A stretch of DNA of 64,000 nt from Auanema rhodensis (Eukaryota; Animalia; Nematoda). The notes under the pieces were generated by a model, which searched no databases, was not told the DNA's origin, and saw only the letters and a program-made list of their open reading frames with translations. The translations under genes and the position numbers were made by a program. The DNA is taken from assembly GCA_964057225.1 (NCBI GenBank), contig OZ059900.1, positions 620,001 through 684,000 of the forward strand, given 5' to 3'. Shown in pieces: positions 1 to 12,360 of the stretch; the stretch's first letter is position 1, and each line of letters starts with the position of its first letter.

Positions 1-347
1 TTACTACACTAAGTAAGGTCGTTTTTATGCCTTTAACACCATATACTCACCGATTTTTGGTACAAAATCTGTAATACTTGTAAATTTTGATCATATTCGT
101 TAAGATTTGAGAATCAAACATACAATACACAAAATCAGTCTATTTTTATTAGCATGCACTGATATATATTCATTTTGATCAAAAAAGGTCGAAAATAGAA
201 AGAATTTTTGAATTTTCCGAGTTTTGAGTCCAATTGGGCTAAATCGCTCATATATATGATCAAAAGCATAGTTTTACTGTCTATGATAACAAAAGTCATC
301 AATTAAACGCTAGTGATGTTTAAATACTGATTTTCGCTCAAATAGCA
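1..347. repeat. Representative 347-bp monomer class (tail GTCATCAATTAAACGCTAGTGATGTTTAAATACTGA)
   Basis: Read directly. The next monomer starts at 348. Confidence 0.97.
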
Positions 348-1041
348 TTACTACACTAAGTATGTTCGTTTTTATGCCTTTAACACCATATACTCACCGA
401 TTTTTGGTACAAAATCTGTGATACTCGTAAATTTTGATCATATTCGGTGAGATTCGAGAATCAAACACACAATACACGAAATAAGTTTATTTTTACGAGT
501 TTGCACTGATATTTATTCATTTTGATCAAAAAAGGTCGAAAATAGAAAGAATTTTTGAAATTTCCGAGTTTTGAGTCTAATTTGGCTAAATCGCTCATAT
601 ATATGATCAAAAGCATAGTTTTATTGTCTATGACAACAAAAGTCATCAATTAAACGCTAGTGATGTTTAAATACTGAATTTCGCTCAAATAGCATTACTA
701 CACTAAGTATGGTCGTTTTTATGCCTTTAACACCATATACTCACCGATTTTTGGTACAAAATCTGTAATACTCGTAAATTTTGATCATATTCGGTGAGAT
801 TCGAGAATCAAACACACAATACACGAAATAAGTTTATTTTGACGAGTTTGCACTGATATTTATTCATTTTGATCAAAAAAGGTCGAAAATAGAAAGAATT
901 TTTGAAATTTCCGAGTTTTGAGTCTAATTTGGCTAAATCGCTCATATATATGATCAAAAGCATAGTTTTATTGTCTGTGACAACAAAAGTCATCAATTAA
1001 ACGCTAGTGATGTTTAAATACTGAATTTCGCTCAAATAGCA

Positions 1042-1389
1042 TTACTACACTAAGTAAGGTCGTTTTTATGCCTTTAACACCATATACTCACCGATTTTTG
1101 GTACAAAATCTGTGATACTCGTAAATTTTGATCATATTCGGTGAGATTCGAGAATCAAACACACAATACACGAAATAAGTTTATTTTGACGAGTTTGCAC
1201 TGATATTTATTCACTTTGATCAAAAAAGGTCGAAAATAGAAAGAATTTTTGAATTTTCCGAGTTTTGAGTCCAATTGGGCTAAATCGCTCATATATATGA
1301 TCAAAAGCATAGTTTTACTGTCTATGATAACAAAAGTCTTCAAATATACACTAATAATGATTAAATCACTGAATTTCACTCAAATAGCA
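1042..1389. repeat. Representative 348-bp monomer class (tail GTCTTCAAATATACACTAATAATGATTAAATCACTGA)
   Basis: It has an extra C in AAATCACTGA plus about 8 linked substitutions relative to the 347 class. Monomer starts 1042 and 1390 are 348 bp apart. Confidence 0.97.
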
Positions 1390-2579
1390 TTACTACACTA
1401 AGTAAGGTCGTTTTTATGCCTTTAACACCATATACTCACCGATTTTTGGTACAAAATCTGTAATACTTGTAAATTTTGATCATATTCGTTAAGATTTGAG
1501 AATCAAACATACAATACACAAAATCAGTCTATTTTTATTAGCATGCACTGATATATATTCATTTTGATCAAAAAAGGTCGAAAATAGAAAGAATTTTTGA
1601 ATTTTCCGAGTTTTGAGTCCAATTGGGCTAAATCGCTCATATATATGATCAAAAGCATAGTTTTACTGTCTATGATAACAAAAGTCATCAATTAAACGCT
1701 AGTGATGTTTAAATACTGATTTTCGCTCAAATAGCATTACTACACTAAGTATGTTCGTTTTTATGCCTTTAACACCATATACTCACCGATTTTTGGTACA
1801 AAATCTGTGATACTCGTAAATTTTGATCATATTCGGTGAGATTCGAGAATCAAACACACAATACACGAAATAAGTTTATTTTTACGAGTTTGCACTGATA
1901 TTTATTCATTTTGATCAAAAAAGGTCGAAAATAGAAAGAATTTTTGAAATTTCCGAGTTTTGAGTCTAATTTGGCTAAATCGCTCATATATATGATCAAA
2001 AGCATAGTTTTATTGTCTATGACAACAAAAGTCATCAATTAAACGCTAGTGATGTTTAAATACTGAATTTCGCTCAAATAGCATTACTACACTAAGTATG
2101 GTCGTTTTTATGCCTTTAACACCATATACTCACCGATTTTTGGTACAAAATCTGTAATACTCGTAAATTTTGATCATATTCGGTGAGATTCGAGAATCAA
2201 ACACACAATACACGAAATAAGTTTATTTTGACGAGTTTGCACTGATATTTATTCATTTTGATCAAAAAAGGTCGAAAATAGAAAGAATTTTTGAAATTTC
2301 CGAGTTTTGAGTCTAATTTGGCTAAATCGCTCATATATATGATCAAAAGCATAGTTTTATTGTCTGTGACAACAAAAGTCATCAATTAAACGCTAGTGAT
2401 GTTTAAATACTGAATTTCGCTCAAATAGCATTACTACACTAAGTAAGGTCGTTTTTATGCCTTTAACACCATATACTCACCGATTTTTGGTACAAAATCT
2501 GTGATACTCGTAAATTTTGATCATATTCGGTGAGATTCGAGAATCAAACACACAATACACGAAATAAGTTTATTTTGAC

Positions 2580-5500
2580 GAGTTTGCACTGATATTTATT
2601 CATTTTGATCAAAAAAGGTCGAAAATAGAAAGAATTTTTGAATTTTCCGAGTTTTGAGTCCAATTGGGCTAAATCGCTCATATATATGATCAAAAGCATA
2701 GTTTTACTGTCTATGATAACAAAAGTCTTCAAATATACACTAATAATGATTAAATCACTGAATTTCACTCAAATAGCATTACTACACTAAGTAAGGTCGT
2801 TTTTATGCCTTTAACACCATATACTCACCGATTTTTGGTACAAAATCTGTGATACTCGTAAATTTTGATCATATTCGGTGAGATTCGAGAATCGAACACA
2901 CAATACACGAAATAAGTCTATTTTTACGAGTTTGCACTGATATTTATTCATTTTGATCAAAAAAGGTCGAAAATAGAAAGAATTTTTGAAATTTCCGAGT
3001 TTTGAGTCTAATTTGGCTAAATCGCTCATATATATGATCAAAAGCATAGTTTTATTGTCTATGACAACAAAAGTCATCAATTAAACGCTAGTGATGTTTA
3101 AATACTGAATTTCGCTCAAATAGCATTACTACACTAAGTATGGTCGTTTTTATGCCTTTAACACCATATACTCACCGATTTTTGGTACAAAATCTGTGAT
3201 ACTCGTAAATTTTGATCATATTCGGTGAGATTCGAGAATCGAACACACAATACACGAAATAAGTCTATTTTTACGAGTTTGCACTGATATTTATTCATTT
3301 TGATCAAAAAAGGTCGAAAATAGAAAGAATTTTTGAAATTTCCGAGTTTTGAGTCTAATTTGGCTAAATCGCTCATATATATGATCAAAAGCATAGTTTT
3401 ACTGTCTATGATAACAAAAATCTTCAAATATACACTAATAATGTGTAAATCACTGAATTTCACTCAAATAGCTTTACTACACTAAGTATGGTCGTTTTTA
3501 TGCCTTTAACACCATATACTCACCGATTTTTGGTACAAAATCTGTAATACTCGTAAATTTTGATCATATCCGGTAAGATTCGAGAATCAAACACACAATA
3601 CACGAAATAAGTTTATTTTTACGAGTTTGCACTGATATTTATTCATTTTGATCAAAAAAGGTCGAAAATAGAAAGAATTTTTGAATTTTCCGAGTTTTGA
3701 GTCCAATTTGGCTAAATCGCTCATATATATGATCAAAAGCATAGTTTCACTGTCTATGATAACAAAAGTCTTCAAATATACACTAGTAATGATTAAATCA
3801 CTGAATTTCACTCAAATAGCATTACTACACTAAGTATGGTCGTTTTTATGCCTTTAACACCATATACTCACCGATTTTTGGTACAAAATCTGTAATACTT
3901 GTAAATTTTGATCATATTCGGTGAGATTCGAGAATCAAACACACAATACACAAAATCAGTCTATTTTTATGAGCTTGCACTGATATATATTCATTTTGAT
4001 CAAAAAAGGTCGAAAATAGAAAGAATTTTTGAATTTTCCGAGTTTTGAGTCGAATTGGGCTAAATCGCTCATATATATGATCAAAAGCATAGTTTTACTG
4101 TCTATGATAACAAAAGTCTTCAAATATACACTAATAATGATTAAATCACTGAATTTCACTCAAATAGCATTACTACACTAAGTAAGGTCGTTTTTATGCC
4201 TTTAACACCATATACTCACCGATTTTTGGTACAAAATCTGTGATACTCGTAAATTTTGATCATATTCGGTGAGATTCGAGAATCAAACACACAATACACG
4301 AAATAAGTTTATTTTGACGAGTTTGCACTGATATTTATTCATTTTGATCAAAAAAGGTCGAAAATAGAAAGAATTTTTGAATTTTCCGAGTTTTGAGTCC
4401 AATTGGGCTAAATCGCTCATATATATGATCAAAAGCATAGTTTTACTGTCTATGATAACAAAAGTCTTCAAATATACACTAATAATGATTAAATCACTGA
4501 ATTTCACTCAAATAGCATTACTACACTAAGTAAGGTCGTTTTTATGCCTTTAACACCATATACTCACCGATTTTTGGTACAAAATCTGTGATACTCGTAA
4601 ATTTTGATCATATTCGGTGAGATTCGAGAATCGAACACACAATACACGAAATAAGTCTATTTTTACGAGTTTGCACTGATATTTATTCATTTTGATCAAA
4701 AAAGGTCGAAAATAGAAAGAATTTTTGAAATTTCCGAGTTTTGAGTCTAATTTGGCTAAATCGCTCATATATATGATCAAAAGCATAGTTTTATTGTCTA
4801 TGACAACAAAAGTCATCAATTAAACGCTAGTGATGTTTAAATACTGAATTTCGCTCAAATAGCATTACTACACTAAGTATGGTCGTTTTTATGCCTTTAA
4901 CACCATATACTCACCGATTTTTGGTACAAAATCTGTGATACTCGTAAATTTTGATCATATTCGGTGAGATTCGAGAATCGAACACACAATACACGAAATA
5001 AGTCTATTTTTACGAGTTTGCACTGATATTTATTCATTTTGATCAAAAAAGGTCGAAAATAGAAAGAATTTTTGAAATTTCCGAGTTTTGAGTCTAATTT
5101 GGCTAAATCGCTCATATATATGATCAAAAGCATAGTTTTACTGTCTATGATAACAAAAATCTTCAAATATACACTAATAATGTGTAAATCACTGAATTTC
5201 ACTCAAATAGCTTTACTACACTAAGTATGGTCGTTTTTATGCCTTTCACACCATATACTCACCGATTTTTGGTACAAAATCTGTAATACTCGTAAATTTT
5301 GATCATATTCGTTAAGATTCGAGAATCAAACACACAATACACGAAATAAGTTTATTTTTACGAGTTTGCACTGATATTTATTCATTTTGATCAAAAAAGG
5401 TCGAAAATAGAAAGAATTTTTGAATTTTCCGAGTTTTGAGTCCAATTGGGCTAAATCGCTCATATATATGATCAAAAGCATAGTTTCACTGTCTATGATA

Positions 5501-8500
5501 ACAAAAGTCTTCAAATATACACTAGTAATGATTAAATCACTGAATTTCACTCAAATAGCTTTACTACACTAAGTATGGTCGTTTTTATGCCTTTAACACC
5601 ATATACTCACCGATTTTTGGTACAAAATCTGTAATACTCGTAAATTTTGATCATATCCGGTAAGATTCGAGAATCAAACACACAATACACGAAATAAGTT
5701 TATTTTTACGAGTTTGCACTGATATTTATTCATTTTGATCAAAAAAGGTCGAAAATAGAAAGAATTTTTGAATTTTCCGAGTTTTGAGTCCAATTTGGCT
5801 AAATCGCTCATATATATGATCAAAAGCATAGTTTCACTGTCTATGATGACAAAAGTCTTCAAATATACACTAGTAATGATTAAATCACTGAATTTCACTC
5901 AAATAGCATTACTACACTAAGTATGGTCGTTTTTATGCCTTTAACACCATATACTCACCGATTTTTGGTACAAAATCTGTAATACTTGTAAATTTTGATC
6001 ATATTCGTTAAGATTTGAGAATCAAACACATAATACACAAAATCAGTCTATTTTTATGAGCTTGCACTGATATATATTCATTTTGATCAAAAAAGGTCGA
6101 AAATAGAAAGAATTTTTGAAATTTCCGAGTTTTGAGTCTAATTTGGCTAATTCGCTCATATATATGATCAGAAGCATAGTTTTATTGTCTATGACAACAA
6201 AAATCATCAATTAAACGCTAGTGATGTTTAAATACTGATTTTCGCTCAAATAGCATTACTACACTAAGTATGGTCGTTTTTATGCCTTTAACACCATATA
6301 CTCACCGATTTTTGGTACAAAATCTGTAATACTCGTAAAATTTGATCATATTTGTTAAGATTTGAGAATCAAACACACAATACACAAAATCAGTCTATTT
6401 TTATGAGTTTACACTGATATATATTCATTTTCATCAAAAAAGGTCGAAAATAGAAAGAATTTTTGAATTTTCCGAGTTTTGAGTCGAATTGGGCTAATTC
6501 GCTCATATATATGATCAAAAGCATAGTTTTACTGTCTATGATAACAAAAGTCTTCAAATATACACTAATAATGATTAAATCACTGAATTTCACTCAAATA
6601 GCATTACTACACTAAGTATGGTCGTTTTTATGCCTTTAACACCATATACTCACCGATTTTTGGTACAAAATCTGTAATACTTGTAAATTTTGATCATATT
6701 CGTTAAGATTTGAGAATCAAACATACAATACACAAAATCAGTCTATTTTTATTAGCATGCACTGATATATATTCATTTTGATCAAAAAAGGTCGAAAATA
6801 GAAAGAATTTTTGAAATTTCCGAGTTTTGAGTCTAATTTGGCTAAATCGCTCATATATATGATCAGAAGCATAGTTTTATTGTCTATGACAACAAAAGTC
6901 ATCAATTAAACGCTAGTGATGTTTAAATACTGATTTTCGCTCAAATAGCATTACTACACTAAGTATGGTCGTTTTTATGCCTTTAACACCATATACTCAC
7001 CGATTTTTGGTACAAAATCTGTAATACTCGTAAATTTTGATCATATTCGTTAAGATTTGAAAATCAAACACACAATAAACAAAATCAGTCTATTTTTATG
7101 AGTTTGCACTGATATATATTCATTTTGATCAAAAAAGGTCGAAAATAGAAAGAATTTTTGAATTTTCCGAGTTTTGAGTCCAATTGGGCTAAATCGCTCA
7201 TATATATGATCAAAAGCATAGTTTCACTGTCTATGATAACAAAAGTCTTCAAATATACACTAGTAATGATTAAATCACTGAATTTCACTCAAATAGCTTT
7301 ACTACACTAAGTATGGTCGTTTTTATGCCTTTAACACCATATACTCACCGATTTTTGGTACAAAATCTGTAATACTCGTAAATTTTGATCATATCCGGTA
7401 AGATTCGAGAATCAAACACACAATACACGAAATAAGTTTATTTTTACGAGTTTGCACTGATATTTATTCATTTTGATCAAAAAAGGTCGAAAATAGAAAG
7501 AATTTTTGAATTTTCCGAGTTTTGAGTCCAATTGGGCTAAATCGCTCATATATATGATCAAAAGCATAGTTTTACTGTCTATGATAACAAAAGTCTTCAA
7601 ATATACACTAATAATGATTAAATCACTGAATTTCACTCAAATAGCATTACTACACTAAGTAAGGTCGTTTTTATGCCTTTAACACCATATACTCACCGAT
7701 TTTTGGTACAAAATCTGTGATACTCGTAAATTTTGATCATATTCGGTGAGATTCGAGAATCGAACACACAATACACGAAATAAGTCTATTTTTACGAGTT
7801 TGCACTGATATTTATTCATTTTGATCAAAAAAGGTCGAAAATAGAAAGAATTTTTGAAATTTCCGAGTTTTGAGTCTAATTTGGCTAAATCGCTCATATA
7901 TATGATCAAAAGCATAGTTTTATTGTCTATGACAACAAAAGTCATCAATTAAACGCTAGTGATGTTTAAATACTGAATTTCGCTCAAATAGCATTACTAC
8001 ACTAAGTATGGTCGTTTTTATGCCTTTAACACCATATACTCACCGATTTTTGGTACAAAATCTGTGATACTCGTAAATTTTGATCATATTCGGTGAGATT
8101 CGAGAATCGAACACACAATACACGAAATAAGTCTATTTTTACGAGTTTGCACTGATATTTATTCATTTTGATCAAAAAAGGTCGAAAATAGAAAGAATTT
8201 TTGAAATTTCCGAGTTTTGAGTCTAATTTGGCTAAATCGCTCATATATATGATCAAAAGCATAGTTTTACTGTCTATGATAACAAAAATCTTCAAATATA
8301 CACTAATAATGTGTAAATCACTGAATTTCACTCAAATAGCTTTACTACACTAAGTATGGTCGTTTTTATGCCTTTAACACCATATACTCACCGATTTTTG
8401 GTACAAAATCTGTAATACTCGTAAATTTTGATCATATCCGGTAAGATTCGAGAATCAAACACACAATACACGAAATAAGTTTATTTTTACGAGTTTGCAC

Positions 8501-11500
8501 TGATATTTATTCATTTTGATCAAAAAAGGTCGAAAATAGAAAGAATTTTTGAATTTTCCGAGTTTTGAGTCCAATTTGGCTAAATCGCTCATATATATGA
8601 TCAAAAGCATAGTTTCACTGTCTATGATAACAAAAGTCTTCAAATATACACTAGTAATGATTAAATCACTGAATTTCACTCAAATAGCATTACTACACTA
8701 AGTATGGTCGTTTTTATGCCTTTAACACCATATACTCACCGATTTTTGGTACAAAATCTGTAACACTTGTAAATTTTGATCATATTCGGTGAGATTCGAG
8801 AATCAAACACACAATACACAAAATCAGTCTATTTTTATGAGCTTGCACTGATATATATTCATTTTGATCAAAAAAGGTCGAAAATAGAAAGAATTTTTGA
8901 ATTTTCCGAGTTTTGAGTCGAATTGGGCTAAATCGCTCATATATATGATCAAAAGCATAGCTTTACTGTCTATGATAACAAAAGTCTTCAAATATACACT
9001 AATAATGATTAAATCACTGAATTTCACTCAAATAGCATTACTACACTAAGTAAGGTCGTTTTTATGCCTTTAACACCATATACTCACCGATTTTTGGTAC
9101 AAAATCTGTGATACTCGTAAATTTTGATCATATTCGGTGAGATTCGAGAATCAAACACACAATACACGAAATAAGTTTATTTTGACGAGTTTGCACTGAT
9201 ATTTATTCATTTTGATCAAAAAAGGTCGAAAATAGAAAGAATTTTTGAATTTTCCGAGTTTTGAGTCCAATTGGGCTAAATCGCTCATATATATGATCAA
9301 AAGCATAGTTTTACTGTCTATGATAACAAAAGTCTTCAAATATACACTAATAATGATTAAATCACTGAATTTCACTCAAATAGCATTACTACACTAAGTA
9401 AGGTCGTTTTTATGCCTTTAACACCATATACTCACCGATTTTTGGTACAAAATCTGTGATACTCGTAAATTTTGATCATATTCGGTGAGATTCGAGAATC
9501 GAACACACAATACACGAAATAAGTCTATTTTTACGAGTTTGCACTGATATTTATTCATTTTGATCAAAAAAGGTCGAAAATAGAAAGAATTTTTGAAATT
9601 TCCGAGTTTTGAGTCTAATTTGGCTAAATCGCTCATATATATGATCAAAAGCATAGTTTTATTGTCTATGACAACAAAAGTCATCAATTAAACGCTAGTG
9701 ATGTTTAAATACTGAATTTCGCTCAAATAGCATTACTACACTAAGTATGGTCGTTTTTATGCCTTTAACACCATATACTCACCGATTTTTGGTACAAAAT
9801 CTGTGATACTCGTAAATTTTGATCATATTCGGTGAGATTCGAGAATCGAACACACAATACACGAAATAAGTCTATTTTTACGAGTTTGCACTGATATTTA
9901 TTCATTTTGATCAAAAAAGGTCGAAAATAGAAAGAATTTTTGAAATTTCCGAGTTTTGAGTCTAATTTGGCTAAATCGCTCATATATATGATCAAAAGCA
10001 TAGTTTTACTGTCTATGATAACAAAAATCTTCAAATATACACTAATAATGTGTAAATCACTGAATTTCACTCAAATAGCTTTACTACACTAAGTATGGTC
10101 GTTTTTATGCCTTTCACACCATATACTCACCGATTTTTGGTACAAAATCTGTAATACTCGTAAATTTTGATCATATTCGTTAAGATTCGAGAATCAAACA
10201 CACAATACACGAAATAAGTTTATTTTTACGAGTTTGCACTGATATTTATTCATTTTGATCAAAAAAGGTCGAAAATAGAAAGAATTTTTGAATTTTCCGA
10301 GTTTTGAGTCCAATTGGGCTAAATCGCTCATATATATGATCAAAAGCATAGTTTCACTGTCTATGATAACAAAAGTCTTCAAATATACACTAGTAATGAT
10401 TAAATCACTGAATTTCACTCAAATAGCTTTACTACACTAAGTATGGTCGTTTTTATGCCTTTAACACCATATACTCACCGATTTTTGGTACAAAATCTGT
10501 AATACTCGTAAATTTTGATCATATCCGGTAAGATTCGAGAATCAAACACACAATACACGAAATAAGTTTATTTTTACGAGTTTGCACTGATATTTATTCA
10601 TTTTGATCAAAAAAGGTCGAAAATAGAAAGAATTTTTGAATTTTCCGAGTTTTGAGTCCAATTTGGCTAAATCGCTCATATATATGATCAAAAGCATAGT
10701 TTCACTGTCTATGATGACAAAAGTCTTCAAATATACACTAGTAATGATTAAATCACTGAATTTCACTCAAATAGCATTACTACACTAAGTATGGTCGTTT
10801 TTATGCCTTTAACACCATATACTCACCGATTTTTGGTACAAAATCTGTAATACTTGTAAATTTTGATCATATTCGTTAAGATTTGAGAATCAAACACATA
10901 ATACACAAAATCAGTCTATTTTTATGAGCTTGCACTGATATATATTCATTTTGATCAAAAAAGGTCGAAAATAGAAAGAATTTTTGAAATTTCCGAGTTT
11001 TGAGTCTAATTTGGCTAATTCGCTCATATATATGATCAGAAGCATAGTTTTATTGTCTATGACAACAAAAATCATCAATTAAACGCTAGTGATGTTTAAA
11101 TACTGATTTTCGCTCAAATAGCATTACTACACTAAGTATGGTCGTTTTTATGCCTTTAACACCATATACTCACCGATTTTTGGTACAAAATCTGTAATAC
11201 TCGTAAAATTTGATCATATTTGTTAAGATTTGAGAATCAAACACACAATACACAAAATCAGTCTATTTTTATGAGTTTACACTGATATATATTCATTTTC
11301 ATCAAAAAAGGTCGAAAATAGAAAGAATTTTTGAATTTTCCGAGTTTTGAGTCGAATTGGGCTAATTCGCTCATATATATGATCAAAAGCATAGTTTTAC
11401 TGTCTATGATAACAAAAGTCTTCAAATATACACTAATAATGATTAAATCACTGAATTTCACTCAAATAGCATTACTACACTAAGTATGGTCGTTTTTATG

Positions 11501-12360
11501 CCTTTAACACCATATACTCACCGATTTTTGGTACAAAATCTGTAATACTTGTAAATTTTGATCATATTCGTTAAGATTTGAGAATCAAACATACAATACA
11601 CAAAATCAGTCTATTTTTATTAGCATGCACTGATATATATTCATTTTGATCAAAAAAGGTCGAAAATAGAAAGAATTTTTGAAATTTCCGAGTTTTGAGT
11701 CTAATTTGGCTAAATCGCTCATATATATGATCAGAAGCATAGTTTTATTGTCTATGACAACAAAAGTCATCAATTAAACGCTAGTGATGTTTAAATACTG
11801 ATTTTCGCTCAAATAGCATTACTACACTAAGTATGGTCGTTTTTATGCCTTTAACACCATATACTCACCGATTTTTGGTACAAAATCTGTAATACTCGTA
11901 AATTTTGATCATATTCGTTAAGATTTGAAAATCAAACACACAATAAACAAAATCAGTCTATTTTTATGAGTTTGCACTGATATATATTCATTTTGATCAA
12001 AAAAGGTCGAAAATAGAAAGAATTTTTGAATTTTCCGAGTTTTGAGTCCAATTGGGCTAAATCGCTCATATATATGATCAAAAGCATAGTTTCACTGTCT
12101 ATGATAACAAAAGTCTTCAAATATACACTAGTAATGATTAAATCACTGAATTTCACTCAAATAGCTTTACTACACTAAGTATGGTCGTTTTTATGCCTTT
12201 AACACCATATACTCACCGATTTTTGGTACAAAATCTGTAATACTCGTAAATTTTGATCATATCCGGTAAGATTCGAGAATCAAACACACAATACACGAAA
12301 TAAGTTTATTTTTACGAGTTTGCACTGATATTTATTCATTTTGATCAAAAAAGGTCGAAA
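2580..12360. repeat. Near-perfect tandem duplication of a 14-monomer, 4868-bp block that contains an internal partial 1739-bp (5-mer) repeat
   Basis: Eleven ORF pairs are offset by exactly 4868 (2811/7679, 3158/8026 ... 6390/11258, 7085/11953) and share rare variants (CCTTTCACAC, ATGTGTAAAT, CTAATTCGCTC, CATTTTCATC). The internal offset of 1739 is seen at 2811/4550 and 3158/4897. Confidence 0.93.

Larger units (their letters stand above)
1..2778. repeat. 4-mer HOR, 1389-bp period, two copies visible
   Basis: ORF pairs 461/1850, 808/2197 and 1155/2544 are all offset by 1389. The rare variants GTATGTTCG and TCTGTGACAA recur at that period. Confidence 0.93.

Noticed and set aside
1-347. 5S rRNA, tRNA, snRNA or spliced-leader tandem gene unit
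   Set aside because: The unit is about 29% GC with no recognisable 5S, tRNA cloverleaf or Pol III box sequence. An Rfam/Infernal scan would be the formal test.
1-347. Assignment to a known ~350-bp satellite (Drosophila 1.688/359-bp, beetle or plant ~350-bp families)
   Set aside because: Only length and AT content are similar. I recognise no sequence match and cannot run a search.
5307-5324. CENP-B box-like motif ATTCGTTAAGATTCGAGA
   Set aside because: Spacing is one base longer than the NTTCGNNNNANNCGGGN core, it ends CGAG rather than CGGG, and both CpGs are polymorphic. It is not a canonical box.
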